Assembly: GCA_947627955.1 (NCBI GenBank)
Contig: CANQXZ010000001.1
Span: forward strand, 120,477-184,476
Direction of reading: 5' to 3'
Length of the DNA stretch: 64,000 nucleotides
From: an uncultured Clostridia bacterium
Lineage (GTDB): Bacteria; Bacillota; Clostridia; Christensenellales; Borkfalkiaceae
In this document: one piece after another, positions 1 through 9,398 of the stretch
Layout: every line of letters begins with the position of its first letter
Position numbering within the stretch: the stretch's first letter is position 1
Position numbers and translations under genes: made by a program
The notes under the pieces: model-generated
What the model saw: only the letters and a program-made list of their open reading frames with translations
Databases searched by the model: none
What the model was told of the DNA's origin: nothing

Positions 1-207
1 AACTTCGAGCCCCTCGCGGTCTTTGAGGGTGACTATCTCGAGAGTGTCGTTTTCGTGCAACTTTTCGGAAAGGTCGCACAGCTTGCCGTTGATCTTGGCT
101 GCGACGGCGTTCCTTGAAAGGCTCTCGCTGATCGCCAGCGCCGCGGCGGCGCAATCGGCTCCCTCTTCCACAAAAATGCTATCGCCGTTTTTAAGTAAAA
201 TGTTCAT
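1..207 (-). CDS. thrS: threonyl-tRNA synthetase, N-terminal fragment (TGS domain); gene runs off the left edge
   Basis: ATG at 207-205 (rc) preceded by GGAGG (rc of 212-216). My translation MNILLKNGDSIFVEEGADCAAAALAISESLSRNAVAAKINGKLCDLSEKLHENDTLEIVTLKDREGLEV fits the ThrRS TGS-domain pattern. A T-box leader lies directly upstream. Confidence 0.8.
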   Translation of the reverse strand, partial: MNILLKNGDSIFVEEGADCAAAALAISESLSRNAVAAKINGKLCDLSEKLHENDTLEIVTLKDREGLEV

Positions 208-214
208 GATTCCT

Positions 215-435
215 CCGATAAAAAAATCCTTAAACAACAGAAAATCCATTGTTTAAGGACGCAAACTCATTTTTTGCGCGGTTCCACCTTAATTGCCCTT
301 ACATATATAGTAAGGACCGCTCTTTATTGCCCGAATTTATCAAAAGCGGTTTCCCGTTACCCTCGGAAATATGCGCTCGCAGCAAACGCGCACTCTCTGA
401 AAATCCCTCGGCGGTACTTGTCTTTCTTTCAAGCC
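215..435 (-). promoter_or_regulatory. T-box leader (tRNA-sensing riboswitch) of thrS with intrinsic terminator
   Basis: Minus-strand reading of 293-276 is AATTAAGGTGGAACCGCG (T-box core). It is followed by the stem TCCTTAAACAA/TTGTTTAAGGA (259-249 with 237-227) and a T7 run (226-220). AGAGAG and AGTA-like boxes lie further 5'. GAA-ACC-G (353-346) is a tentative Thr specifier. Confidence 0.75.
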
Positions 436-440
436 CATTT

Positions 441-469
441 ATATTAATACAAAACCACAGATTTGTCAA
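441..469 (-). promoter_or_regulatory. candidate sigma-A promoter for the thrS T-box leader
   Basis: Minus strand has TTGACA (469-464), a 17-nt spacer, then TAATAT (446-441). Confidence 0.5.
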
Positions 470-499
470 CAAGTTTAAGGGCTTAGCGGCTCAAATTAT

Positions 500-528
500 T
501 TGCAATTTGCGGCGTTTGACTGTATAAT
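500..528 (+). promoter_or_regulatory. candidate sigma-A promoter for leuS (extended -10)
   Basis: TTGCAA (500-505), 17-nt spacer, TGtTATAAT (521-528). It lies 36 nt upstream of the leuS ATG. Confidence 0.6.
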
Positions 529-563
529 TAAAAGGAAACAAATTTTTTATAAGGATTTTTGTC

Positions 564-2972
564 ATGGCTTACACGGATTTTAACAGGGTCGAAAAAAAGT
601 GGATCGAATATTGGGATAAAAACAAGACTTTCCATACCGATCTGCACGACTATTCCAAACCCAAATACTACGTTTTGGACATGTTCCCCTATCCTTCTGG
701 CGCGGGTCTGCACGTCGGTCATCCCGAAGGCTACACCGCAACGGATATTCTGGCGAGAATGAAGAGAATGCAGGGCTATAACGTCCTGCACCCCATCGGG
801 TTTGACAGTTTCGGTCTTCCCGCGGAACAGTTCGCAATAAATACGGGGCGCAATCCCGAGGGCTTCACACAGGAGAATATAAAGACGTTCACCTCGCAGT
901 TGAAGATGCTCGGGCTCTCCTACGATTGGGACCAGACCGTTTCGACCTGCGACCCCTCCTACTATAAGTGGACGCAATGGATATTCAAACAGCTCTGCGA
1001 GGCGGGGCTTGCGCGCTATGTGGAAACTCCCGTAAATTGGTGCGAAGAGCTCGGCACGGTGCTCGCCAACGACGAGATAATCGACGGAAAAAGCGAGCGC
1101 GGGGGCTATCCCGTCGTCCGCAAGAACATGAAGCAATGGGTCATCGACATAAATAAATACGCCGAAAGACTGCTTGAAGGTCTCGAAGGGCTCGATTGGC
1201 CCGAATCCTCCAAAGTCGCCCAGAGAAATTGGATCGGCAAATCGGTAGGTGCGAACATAGACTTTAAGATAAGCGGTTCGGACAAGAAATTTACCGTATT
1301 CACGACGCGGTGCGACACTCTCTTCGGGGCAACCTACTGCGTGCTTGCGCCCGAGCACAAGCTCGTCGACGAAATCACCTCCGCTGACAAGAGAGCCGAA
1401 GTCGAGGCGTATAAAAAATTATGCGCGAGCAAATCAGACCTCGAACGCACCGAGCTCAGCAAGGACAAGACGGGCGTTTTCACGGGCGCATATGCGATAA
1501 ATCCCGCCAACGGCAAGGAGATACCCGTATACATTTCGGACTATGTGCTCACGTCATACGGCACGGGCGCGATAATGGCGGTTCCCGCCCACGATACGCG
1601 CGACTATGAATTCGCGAAAAAATTCGGCATACCCGTTGTGCAGGTTCTGGAAGGCGGCGATATCTCCAAAGAGGCGTACACGGGCGACGGCATCCACATA
1701 AATTCGGGATTTTTGAACGGTTTGGACAAACAGCAGGCGATAGACAAGATGTGCGCATGGCTCGCCGAACACGATTGCGGCAAAAAAACCGTGACCTACA
1801 AGCTGCGCGAATGGATATTCGCCCGCCAGAGATATTGGGGAGAACCCCTCCCCGTGGTTCACCTTGAGGACGGCGAAGTCGCCCTTTTGGACGACAGCGA
1901 GCTTCCCCTCGTCCTTCCTCATATGACCGATTACCGCGCTCACGGCGGAAACGCTCCCCTTGAAAACGCCGCCGAATGGGTCAATGTGACAATAAACGGC
2001 AAAAAGGGCAAGCGCGAAACCACAACGATGCCCGGTTCGGCGGGATCGAGCTGGTACTTTATGAGGTATTGCGATCCCCACAACGACAGCGAATTCGCAA
2101 ACTATGAGCTTTTGAAGCACTGGCTGCCCGTGGACTTCTACCTCGGCGGCAAGGAACACCTCGTCGGTCACCTTCTCTATTCCCGTTTCTGGACTAATTT
2201 CCTCTACGATAAAGGGCTTTCCCCCTATAAGGAACCCTTTAAAAAGCTCTTCCATCAGGGCATGATACTCGGCGAGGACGGCAACAAGATGTCCAAGAGC
2301 CTCGGCAACGTCATAAATCCCAACGACATCGTGCACGACTACGGCGCGGACGTCATGAGAATGTACGAAATGTTCATGGGACCCGTCGCCGACACAAAGC
2401 CCTGGAACACAGCCAACATAGAGGGCGTGAAAAAATTTATCGACAGGATATACAGGATCTATTGCGAGAGCGACGTTATTTCGCCCGCTCCAAACGCAAA
2501 TCTCGATAAGATCTATAACCAAACCGTCAAAAAGGTCACCGAGGACTACGAGGCAATGAAGATCAACACCGCCATTTCGCAGATGATGATATTCTTCAAC
2601 GCCGTCACCAAAGAGATTTCAGAGGGCAGAAACTTTCCTCTTTGCTACGCGGAAGGGCTTATCAAGTTGCTCAACCCCGTGATCCCGTTCGTGACCGAGG
2701 AGATCTGGAATACGGTTTTGGGACACAGCGGAACGATAGCCTATGAAAAGTGGCCCGAGTTCGACATTTCGAAATGCGGCGAGGACGACTTTGAATACGC
2801 CGTACAGGTGAACAGTAAAATTAAGGCAAGGATCACTCTCCCTTCCGATATGCCCGAAGACGGTATCAGAGCCGCGGTAATGTCAAACGCGGAAATAGCT
2901 CCCCTTATCGAGGGAAAGACGATAAAAAAGTTTATCATAGTTCCCAAACGTCTTATAAATATTATCATATAA
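564..2972 (+). CDS. leuS: leucyl-tRNA synthetase
   Basis: 802-aa ORF with class I HIGH-type motif ([12 protein letters not shown]) and KMSKS (NKMSKSLGN). LeuRS-like along its full length. Confidence 0.97.
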   Translation: MAYTDFNRVEKKWIEYWDKNKTFHTDLHDYSKPKYYVLDMFPYPSGAGLHVGHPEGYTATDILARMKRMQGYNVLHPIGFDSFGLPAEQFAINTGRNPEGFTQENIKTFTSQLKMLGLSYDWDQTVSTCDPSYYKWTQWIFKQLCEAGLARYVETPVNWCEELGTVLANDEIIDGKSERGGYPVVRKNMKQWVIDINKYAERLLEGLEGLDWPESSKVAQRNWIGKSVGANIDFKISGSDKKFTVFTTRCDTLFGATYCVLAPEHKLVDEITSADKRAEVEAYKKLCASKSDLERTELSKDKTGVFTGAYAINPANGKEIPVYISDYVLTSYGTGAIMAVPAHDTRDYEFAKKFGIPVVQVLEGGDISKEAYTGDGIHINSGFLNGLDKQQAIDKMCAWLAEHDCGKKTVTYKLREWIFARQRYWGEPLPVVHLEDGEVALLDDSELPLVLPHMTDYRAHGGNAPLENAAEWVNVTINGKKGKRETTTMPGSAGSSWYFMRYCDPHNDSEFANYELLKHWLPVDFYLGGKEHLVGHLLYSRFWTNFLYDKGLSPYKEPFKKLFHQGMILGEDGNKMSKSLGNVINPNDIVHDYGADVMRMYEMFMGPVADTKPWNTANIEGVKKFIDRIYRIYCESDVISPAPNANLDKIYNQTVKKVTEDYEAMKINTAISQMMIFFNAVTKEISEGRNFPLCYAEGLIKLLNPVIPFVTEEIWNTVLGHSGTIAYEKWPEFDISKCGEDDFEYAVQVNSKIKARITLPSDMPEDGIRAAVMSNAEIAPLIEGKTIKKFIIVPKRLINIII

Positions 2973-2992
2973 TGTTGTAATGCATAAAACTT

Positions 2993-3027
2993 ACCGCCGC
3001 CGTTCGAAAATTCCGAACGGCGGCGGT
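2993..3027. terminator. GC-rich hairpin, bidirectional terminator after leuS
   Basis: ACCGCCGCCGTTCG / CGAACGGCGGCGGT arms with a 7-nt loop, followed by TTTAATTT. Confidence 0.7.
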
Positions 3028-3039
3028 TTAATTTAAAAT

Positions 3040-3396
3040 TCAATCGTCAAAACTACCTATATCCATCTCATGATCTTTACATAATACAATAATATCAATT
3101 ATAATTTCAAATGGAGTCGCAAATGTGCCTACTAAAAATCCAACAATCAAACCTACAAATATCAACGCCCACCGATTATTTTGAACACTGAACTTACCTG
3201 AAGATGAGTCATAATATAAATCATACTTTGTATCGGTCTTGAACATACTTATTCCAACAAAAATCCCAAATATCAGACCGCAACCAAACAACGCTAATAT
3301 GTGCATACCCATATTATGTTGCAGAATGCTCATTATGAAAAAGTATAAACACGGCGGATAGACTATAATATTTAATATTAATCTTGCTAATCTCAT
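3040..3396 (-). CDS. hypothetical small membrane protein (low-GC cassette)
   Basis: 118-aa ORF with about three hydrophobic helices. AT-rich relative to its flanks and divergent from the XRE regulator gene. Confidence 0.5.
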   Translation of the reverse strand: MRLARLILNIIVYPPCLYFFIMSILQHNMGMHILALFGCGLIFGIFVGISMFKTDTKYDLYYDSSSGKFSVQNNRWALIFVGLIVGFLVGTFATPFEIIIDIIVLCKDHEMDIGSFDD

Positions 3397-3431
3397 TTTC
3401 TTTCTCCTTCGTATTTTATATGTTTATTATA

Positions 3432-3449
3432 TTCTAATTATAATTAGAA
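3432..3449. promoter_or_regulatory. perfect 18-bp palindrome, candidate operator of the adjacent XRE regulator
   Basis: TTCTAATTA|TAATTAGAA lies in the divergent intergenic region. A related imperfect copy CTAATTATTGTTAG sits at 3465-3478. Confidence 0.4.
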
Positions 3450-3487
3450 GTCAAGCAAAATAAACTAATTATTGTTAGAATATTTTA

Positions 3488-3709
3488 ATGAAAATGTTTA
3501 ATGCGAATTTGTTTGGTGAGCGACTGAAAATGCTCAGGACAGACAAAAATATAGGGCAAAATTTACTTGCCAAGGAATTAGGACTCAGCAACGCTTCCAT
3601 CAGTTATTGGGAGACAGGCAAACAAATGCCTACTGCCGAAGCCATTTATAAACTTGCGGTTTATTTTGACGTTTCGGCTGACTATCTTCTGGGAATTACG
3701 GACGATTAA
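3488..3709 (+). CDS. XRE-family helix-turn-helix transcriptional regulator
   Basis: 73 aa. FGERLKMLRTDKNIGQNLLAKELGLSNASISYWETGKQMPTAEAIYKLAVYFDVSADYLLG is a typical Cro/C1 HTH. Confidence 0.85.
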   Translation: MKMFNANLFGERLKMLRTDKNIGQNLLAKELGLSNASISYWETGKQMPTAEAIYKLAVYFDVSADYLLGITDD

Positions 3710-3758
3710 AGACCGCACTTTATTTTATTGATTATATATAACTTAAATAATATGAAAA

Positions 3759-3788
3759 TGCGGCGGCGCAGATATCTGCGCCGCCGCA
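3759..3788. terminator. perfect GC-rich palindrome, bidirectional terminator
   Basis: TGCGGCGGCGCAGAT|ATCTGCGCCGCCGCA lies between the convergent XRE and ACP genes. Confidence 0.65.
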
Positions 3789-3814
3789 CTCTATACAAAA
3801 ATTATATGAACGAA

Positions 3815-4036
3815 TTATAAAGATTCTATCATTGCAACAACGTCCCCGACGGTTTTAAGGTCGGCAACCTTGTCCTCGGGAATGGTCTTGCCCGTATTCT
3901 CTTCAAGCGTCATGAGGAGTTCTACGACGTCGAGCGAATCGGCGCCGAGGTCTTTCACTATATCGCTTTCGGCAGTTATTTTTGACTGCGGGATATTGAG
4001 CTGTTCCGCAAGAATTTTTGCAACTTCTTCAAACAT
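3815..4036 (-). CDS. acpP: acyl carrier protein
   Basis: 73 aa with the phosphopantetheine attachment motif DLGADSLDVVEL. Confidence 0.9.
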   Translation of the reverse strand: MFEEVAKILAEQLNIPQSKITAESDIVKDLGADSLDVVELLMTLEENTGKTIPEDKVADLKTVGDVVAMIESL

Positions 4037-4095
4037 AATTGTTTCCTCCGATAATTTACAGTAAAATTTTACATTATTGTGCGCTTTATGTCAAG

Positions 4096-6258
4096 TCAAT
4101 TGGCATGTTTTTTGACCTGCTTTAAAGACAAGCCTATCCTGTGCTTCTGCTTGTCAAGGCTGATTATGACTGCTTTGACCTGCTGCCCCACTTTTAAAAC
4201 GTCGGAAGGGTGACGAATATACCTGTCGGTAATTTCGGAAATATGAACGAGCCCGTCCTCATGGACGCCTATGTCCACGAATGCGCCGAAGTCTATGACG
4301 TTGCGGACCACGCCGTCGACTTCCATGCCAACCGCAAGGTCGTCTATCCCCAAAATATCCTTTCTGAGCTGCCGTTGGGGCAGATTGTCGCGGATATCCC
4401 TGCCCGGCTTTACGAGTTCTGAAACAATGTCGTTCATTGTGGCAACGTCAAGCCCGCATGCCTCAGCCGCAGCCTTATCTCCGTATTCATGCACCTTAGC
4501 CGGCAGTTCGGCGAGCTTGCGCTCTTTGACGTCCTTTTCCGAATAGCCGAACAATTCGAGCAATTTTTCGGCTTTTTTATACGATTCGGGGTGAACGGCT
4601 GTATTGTCCATTATGTTTTTGCCGTCGGGTATCCTTAAAAAGCCCGCGCACTGCTCATACGCTTTGGGACCGAGTTTGGGCACTTTCATAAGCTGGGCGC
4701 GCGCGGAAAACTTGCCGTTTTCTTCGCGGTAATTCACTATATTTTTCGCTATGCCGGAGTTGAGCCCCGCAACGTACTTCAAAAGGGAAGCGCTCGCCGT
4801 GTTGAGGTCTACCCCCACGCTGTTGACGCAATCCTCCAATACGCCTTCAAGAACGCTGTCGAGCCGCCTCGGATCCATGTCGTGCTGATATTGCCCCACG
4901 CCTATCGACTTGGGGTCTATTTTTATGAGTTCAGCTAAGGGATCCTGCAATCTCCTCGCTATGGATACCGCGGAGCGCTGGGTAACGTCGAAATCGGGGA
5001 ATTCTTCAACGGCTATCTTGCTTGCGGAGTACACGCTTGCGCCCGCCTCGCTCACGACGGCATAGCTGACGGAGCCGTCGAGCTCCTTTAAAAGGTCAGC
5101 CACGAATATTTCCGTCTCCTTGCTCGCCGTGCCGTTGCCTATTGAAATGACGTCCACCTTGTGCTTGGAGATCAAATTTTTCATTATCTTCTTTGCGCCC
5201 TCTATGTCGTTCTTCGGGGGAACGGGATAAATGACGGAGGTATCGAGCACCTTGCCCGTCTCGTCCACGACGGCGACTTTGCATCCAGTCCTGAATCCGG
5301 GGTCGAGCCCTAAGGTGACCTTCCCCTTTACGGGCGGCTGCAAAAGGAGCGGACGGAGGTTCACCTCAAACATCTTGATAGCCTGTTCGCTCGCCCTGTC
5401 AGTGAGGATAGCGCGCACTTCGCGTTCTATCGAAGGTTCGATAAGTCTGTCGTAGCCGTCGTCCGCCGCCTCAGTTATGAGCTGTTTGCATGCGGCGTTT
5501 CCGCCCTGCTTTAAATATTTGGCAACGCATACGCGCTTGGCTATGTCGGGGTCGAAGTAGATCTTTACTTTCAGGCACTCCTCTTTTTCCCCGCGGTTGA
5601 CGGCAAGTATGCGGTGGTTCTTGATTTCGGGAAGGATCTCGGCGTAGTCTGCGTACATGGAATAGGTGCCTTTATCGTCGTCCTTGACCATTTTTACCTG
5701 CATTTCGCCGTGATTTTCGAACATCGAGCGCAATTTTTTGCGGAGTTCGGCGTTGTCGGAGATAATTTCGGCAATTATGTCCTTTGCGCCGCTTATCGCC
5801 TCCGCCGCAGAGGATACGCCCTTCTCCCCGTCTATGTACTTTGCCGCTTCGGCATAGGGGTCGCCTTCCTGCGCGAGGATAAACGCAGCCAGATCCTGCA
5901 AGCCCTTTTCTATGGCTACGGAAGCCCTCGTCTTTTTCTTCTGCTTGTAGGGGCGGTAAATATCTTCGACTTCGGTCATCGTGGAGGCAGCGTCGATGGC
6001 TGCGCCTATCTCCTCCGTCATTTTGCCCTGTTCTGCTATCGCGGAAGCCACTTCCTCCTTGCGCTTGTTGAGGTTTTTGAGATACTCGTACCTGTCGTTG
6101 AAGGCGCGGAGCACCTGATCGTCGATTGAACCCGTCATTTCCTTTCTGTAACGGGCGATAAAGGGAATTGTATTGCCCTCGTCGAGGAGCTTTAAAATGT
6201 TTTCCGCATGATTGGGCTTCAAATTGAATTCTTCGGTGAGTTGTTGCTTGATTTCCAT
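4096..6258 (-). CDS. tex: Tex-like transcription accessory protein (YqgF/RNase H-like fold, HhH, C-terminal S1 domain)
   Basis: 720 aa. The N-terminus IPFIARYRKEMTG is typical of Tex. The C-terminal S1 region reads VDGVVRNVIDFGAFVDIGVHEDGLVHISE. Confidence 0.9.
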   Translation of the reverse strand: MEIKQQLTEEFNLKPNHAENILKLLDEGNTIPFIARYRKEMTGSIDDQVLRAFNDRYEYLKNLNKRKEEVASAIAEQGKMTEEIGAAIDAASTMTEVEDIYRPYKQKKKTRASVAIEKGLQDLAAFILAQEGDPYAEAAKYIDGEKGVSSAAEAISGAKDIIAEIISDNAELRKKLRSMFENHGEMQVKMVKDDDKGTYSMYADYAEILPEIKNHRILAVNRGEKEECLKVKIYFDPDIAKRVCVAKYLKQGGNAACKQLITEAADDGYDRLIEPSIEREVRAILTDRASEQAIKMFEVNLRPLLLQPPVKGKVTLGLDPGFRTGCKVAVVDETGKVLDTSVIYPVPPKNDIEGAKKIMKNLISKHKVDVISIGNGTASKETEIFVADLLKELDGSVSYAVVSEAGASVYSASKIAVEEFPDFDVTQRSAVSIARRLQDPLAELIKIDPKSIGVGQYQHDMDPRRLDSVLEGVLEDCVNSVGVDLNTASASLLKYVAGLNSGIAKNIVNYREENGKFSARAQLMKVPKLGPKAYEQCAGFLRIPDGKNIMDNTAVHPESYKKAEKLLELFGYSEKDVKERKLAELPAKVHEYGDKAAAEACGLDVATMNDIVSELVKPGRDIRDNLPQRQLRKDILGIDDLAVGMEVDGVVRNVIDFGAFVDIGVHEDGLVHISEITDRYIRHPSDVLKVGQQVKAVIISLDKQKHRIGLSLKQVKKHAN

Positions 6259-6938
6259 TATCTTTTAATACCCTTTAAATAATTTTTTTGGTCGTTGGTA
6301 AGCCTGTAACTCTCCAACGCCTTACTTATCGCCTTATTGTGGGTTTTCCTGTCGAGAGAATTATCGAGCAAAAATCCCCTCGCCCTTTCAAAATATTTCG
6401 CGAGCGTTTCGGCTATCAGCCACGCGACAGCCATATGTACGTAATACATGGAAGTGTCAGCCCGCTCGCAGAGCGAAAATATGGTTTCGAGATATTTCTC
6501 TTCGACATAAAAATTGAGGAGAGTCGTAAAGGCGAACCTCTGCACGAATTCCCCGTCCGACTGCGCGTACGCCCTTATCACGGGCAAAAATTCTTCCCTG
6601 TGGCTCTTTATGCACCGCGGCGCGAAGGTGTCGCACGTCGCCCAATTGTCTATAAGGTGTACGCAGCGATCCAATTTTTCCATCATTGCGCCGTAGTCCA
6701 GCAGGGAAACGGCGGCGAGCTTGATAAACGTCACTTCGTAAAACTCGTCGGGAAAAGTCAAAATCACGTCGGTCTTATCCGAATATTTGCGCGCGATCTT
6801 CCTCAAAACGGGAATTTTGACGCCCAAAACGTTGATATTTTCATTTTTTAGGAGTTTTTTATGAAATTCACGGTAAGCGGGGTCGGAAACGCTTTCAAGC
6901 TCTTCCAAAAGCCCGCGATAGAGCTCTGAACCACTCAT
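6258..6938 (-). CDS. DNA alkylation repair protein (AlkD-like HEAT-repeat family)
   Basis: Family-like motifs YREFHKKLL, GVKIPVLRKIARK and NWATCDTF. The ORF-track start at 7019 is TTG, so I prefer the ATG at 6938 (MSGSELY...). Confidence 0.7.
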   Translation of the reverse strand: MSGSELYRGLLEELESVSDPAYREFHKKLLKNENINVLGVKIPVLRKIARKYSDKTDVILTFPDEFYEVTFIKLAAVSLLDYGAMMEKLDRCVHLIDNWATCDTFAPRCIKSHREEFLPVIRAYAQSDGEFVQRFAFTTLLNFYVEEKYLETIFSLCERADTSMYYVHMAVAWLIAETLAKYFERARGFLLDNSLDRKTHNKAISKALESYRLTNDQKNYLKGIKR

Positions 6939-7380
6939 CCTTTGAAAACCTCGCGTTTGCCGGGCTGGTAGACGGCAGCCCGACGGCGGGAACGTCGGCT
7001 TCGTGACAATACCTTTCAAACAGCTCCCGCGCCTTGCCGCCGTTTAAAATTATAAGCCCGAATTTATGATTTTGCAACAGATTTGCAACGTCTGCGACCT
7101 TATAATTTTTTATTGAGGAATCGCTCGACCCCTCTATCTCGCACTCCGACACCATATCCCAGAGGGCAATTTTGTGCCTTGTGAGAAATTCTCTTTTGTC
7201 GCCTGTGGAAATTGGCGTATCCTCGTTGAAAAATTCCGAAAGGACGCGCCAGAACCTGTTCTGCGGATTGCCGTAATAGAATTCAGACGACCTGCTCTTG
7301 ACCGAGGGAAAACTCCCCAATATAAGTACTTGCGCCCCTGACGGCACAAAAGGCGCAAACCCGCGCTTGATATCGGACAT
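6895..7380 (-). CDS. UDG-superfamily DNA glycosylase (DNA-deoxyinosine/hypoxanthine glycosylase type)
   Basis: 161 aa with VLILGSFPSVKS, YYGNPQNRFW and LPSTSPAN motifs. Confidence 0.7.
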   Translation of the reverse strand: MSDIKRGFAPFVPSGAQVLILGSFPSVKSRSSEFYYGNPQNRFWRVLSEFFNEDTPISTGDKREFLTRHKIALWDMVSECEIEGSSDSSIKNYKVADVANLLQNHKFGLIILNGGKARELFERYCHEADVPAVGLPSTSPANARFSKDEWFRALSRAFGRA

Positions 7381-7400
7381 TTTACACCGCCAAAATTACT

Positions 7401-8633
7401 TTATAAGGGCTTGTCCGCCGCGCCGACGAGCGATTTTGCCATGTGGCTCTCGTCGAAATTTGAGCCTATCGCCGTCAAAACGTCGTCATACGTCACGGAA
7501 TTGAGCCTTCCGAGGCGCTTTTCAAAGTCATACACCTCGTCTTTATATAAGAGCTCCTTGCCGAACACAAGCATCTGCGAACTAGTGCTCTCACGCGAGA
7601 AAATAAGCGAAGAGACAAGCTGCTCTTTGCCCCTTTCGAATTCGTCCTTGGTTATGCCTTTTTTCTTTATCTCGTCTATACAGCCGTATATCGCCTCAGC
7701 CGATTCGAGATATCTGTCCGCGTTGACACCCGCATAGACGGAAAGCGCGCCGCACTCCTCATATGAAGTCGTGTAAGAATAAACCGTGTACGCGAGCCCG
7801 AGCTTTTCTCTCACCGTCTGGAAGAGCCGCGACGACATTCCTCCGCCCAAAACCGAATTGAGGATTTGCGTTGCGTCGAACAGCTCGTCGCCGCGCTTCA
7901 CGGAAGGATAGGCAATGCCTATATGCACCTGTTCTATATCTTTATGCTTTAAAAGCGATTGCCCCTTTAATTCGATTTTTACGGGTTTTCTGTCGCAACA
8001 ACGCCTGTTATGACACGCATAGTACTTCGCAACAAGGCTTTCTGCGAGGTCAATGTCGATATTCCCCGCCATCGCTATGACTATATTTTGCGGAGCATAG
8101 TGCTTATCCATATAATTTCCGATATCGTCGGCAGTGAATTTTTCAACGTTTTTGCGCGGTCCGAGGATATTCCTCCCATATCCGCGCTTTCCGAAATAAG
8201 CGTTTGCAAGCACGTCAAGGCAGAGATCGTCCGGGGTGTCCTCGTTCATGTTTATCTCTTCTATAACAACACCCTTCTCGCGCGCCATTTCCTCTTCTGG
8301 AAATACGCTCTCCAAAAACAGGTCGGAAAGTATTTCAAATGCCTCGGCGGCATGACCAGTTGTGGATTTGGCGTAGTAGCACGTTATGTCTTTTGCCGTA
8401 AAGGCGTTCACCTGCGCGCCGATCCTGTCCATCTCGTCTGAGATCATAAACGCCGTTCTCTTTTTTGTGCCTTTGAACATCATGTGCTCGATAAAGTGCG
8501 AGATGCCGTCCTCAGAGTCGCTCTCCTGCGACGCGCCCGTATGGACGATTATTCCCATCGATACCGAAAGAAGCGAGTCCATTTTGTTGATTATGAGCCT
8601 TAATCCGTTGTCAAATTCCTTGTAGTGTATCAT
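7401..8633 (-). CDS. M16 (pitrilysin/insulinase) family zinc peptidase
   Basis: 410 aa with the inverted zinc motif HFIEHMMFKGT. Confidence 0.9.
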   Translation of the reverse strand: MIHYKEFDNGLRLIINKMDSLLSVSMGIIVHTGASQESDSEDGISHFIEHMMFKGTKKRTAFMISDEMDRIGAQVNAFTAKDITCYYAKSTTGHAAEAFEILSDLFLESVFPEEEMAREKGVVIEEINMNEDTPDDLCLDVLANAYFGKRGYGRNILGPRKNVEKFTADDIGNYMDKHYAPQNIVIAMAGNIDIDLAESLVAKYYACHNRRCCDRKPVKIELKGQSLLKHKDIEQVHIGIAYPSVKRGDELFDATQILNSVLGGGMSSRLFQTVREKLGLAYTVYSYTTSYEECGALSVYAGVNADRYLESAEAIYGCIDEIKKKGITKDEFERGKEQLVSSLIFSRESTSSQMLVFGKELLYKDEVYDFEKRLGRLNSVTYDDVLTAIGSNFDESHMAKSLVGAADKPL

Positions 8634-9337
8634 TTTTCTCCTAAATTTTCGGAAACGGTAACGGTTTTTAAGCCGTTTTTTCCTATGTAATCTAAAATTT
8701 CGCCGAGGGCTTCAGCCGTTTCGGGTTTCGGGTGCATCAGTATGAATTCCCCGCCCTTCAAATCTTTTGTAGCCCTGCTTACGATCAGATTTTTATCCTT
8801 GTCGCGCCAATCGATAGTATCGCGGCTCCACATTATGACTTTTAAGCCGAGAGTTTCGCACGCGGATACCGTGTTGCTGTCGAACGCGCCCGAAGGCGGT
8901 GCGAAAAGGTTGATTTTATTGCCGCAGATCATCTCTACGAGCTTCACGCTGGGACGTATCTCTTCCAGATTCCCCTCATAGCCCAATTTAGAATGGTCCT
9001 TATGGAAGTATCCGTGGCTGCCGAGTTCGTGACCCGCGGAATAGATCTTCCGCACGCAGTCGATATTGTCGTCCGCCCATGCGCCGCCGATGAAAAAAGT
9101 CGCCTTTGCGCCGTAACCGTCCAATATCCCGAGTATCTTCTCCACAATCTCCGCGCCTTCGTAAACGTTGAACATGAGGCTTACGCCGCCCACCTCTTCG
9201 TCTCCGCCGTAACATACGCTGTCGCTTTCGAACGATACGGCTTCGGCTTTTCCGCCGGCTATACCCACAAGACTTACCGCAAGCACAATGACCGCGAGAA
9301 ACAGATTTATCGCGACCGTCAAAAATTTACTCTTCAA
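8630..9337 (-). CDS. polysaccharide deacetylase (NodB homology domain), membrane-anchored
   Basis: 235 aa with an N-terminal TM helix and the motifs ATFFIGGAW and GHELGSHGYFH. It overlaps the M16 gene by 4 nt. Confidence 0.85.
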   Translation of the reverse strand: MKSKFLTVAINLFLAVIVLAVSLVGIAGGKAEAVSFESDSVCYGGDEEVGGVSLMFNVYEGAEIVEKILGILDGYGAKATFFIGGAWADDNIDCVRKIYSAGHELGSHGYFHKDHSKLGYEGNLEEIRPSVKLVEMICGNKINLFAPPSGAFDSNTVSACETLGLKVIMWSRDTIDWRDKDKNLIVSRATKDLKGGEFILMHPKPETAEALGEILDYIGKNGLKTVTVSENLGEK

Positions 9338-9398
9338 TAGTTTGGTCCTAAAATAATATTACTATTTATATTATATTAGTTCCCGTGGGGATTATTGA

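Noticed and set aside
529-563. Possible T-box or other riboswitch in front of leuS
   Set aside because: Only about 36 nt lie between the predicted -10 and the ATG, too short for any leader RNA structure.
528-2522. Long antisense ORFs inside leuS (528-1358 minus, 276 aa; 1554-2522 minus, 322 aa)
   Set aside because: These are typical shadow ORFs of a GC-rich coding region. Their translations are low-complexity and rich in Arg, Gly, Val and Ala, with no motifs. The opposite strand encodes an unmistakable LeuRS.
6938-7019. N-terminal extensions offered by the ORF track (6258-7019, 11759-14002, 16652-19447, 29981-31099, 33535-34350, 42564-42821, 42757-43185, 36902-37447)
   Set aside because: Where I checked, the extended starts are non-ATG (TTG at 7019 and 37447). 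All extended starts lack an RBS, overlap the upstream gene heavily, or precede an obvious family-typical N-terminus or signal peptide. Internal ATG starts were preferred.
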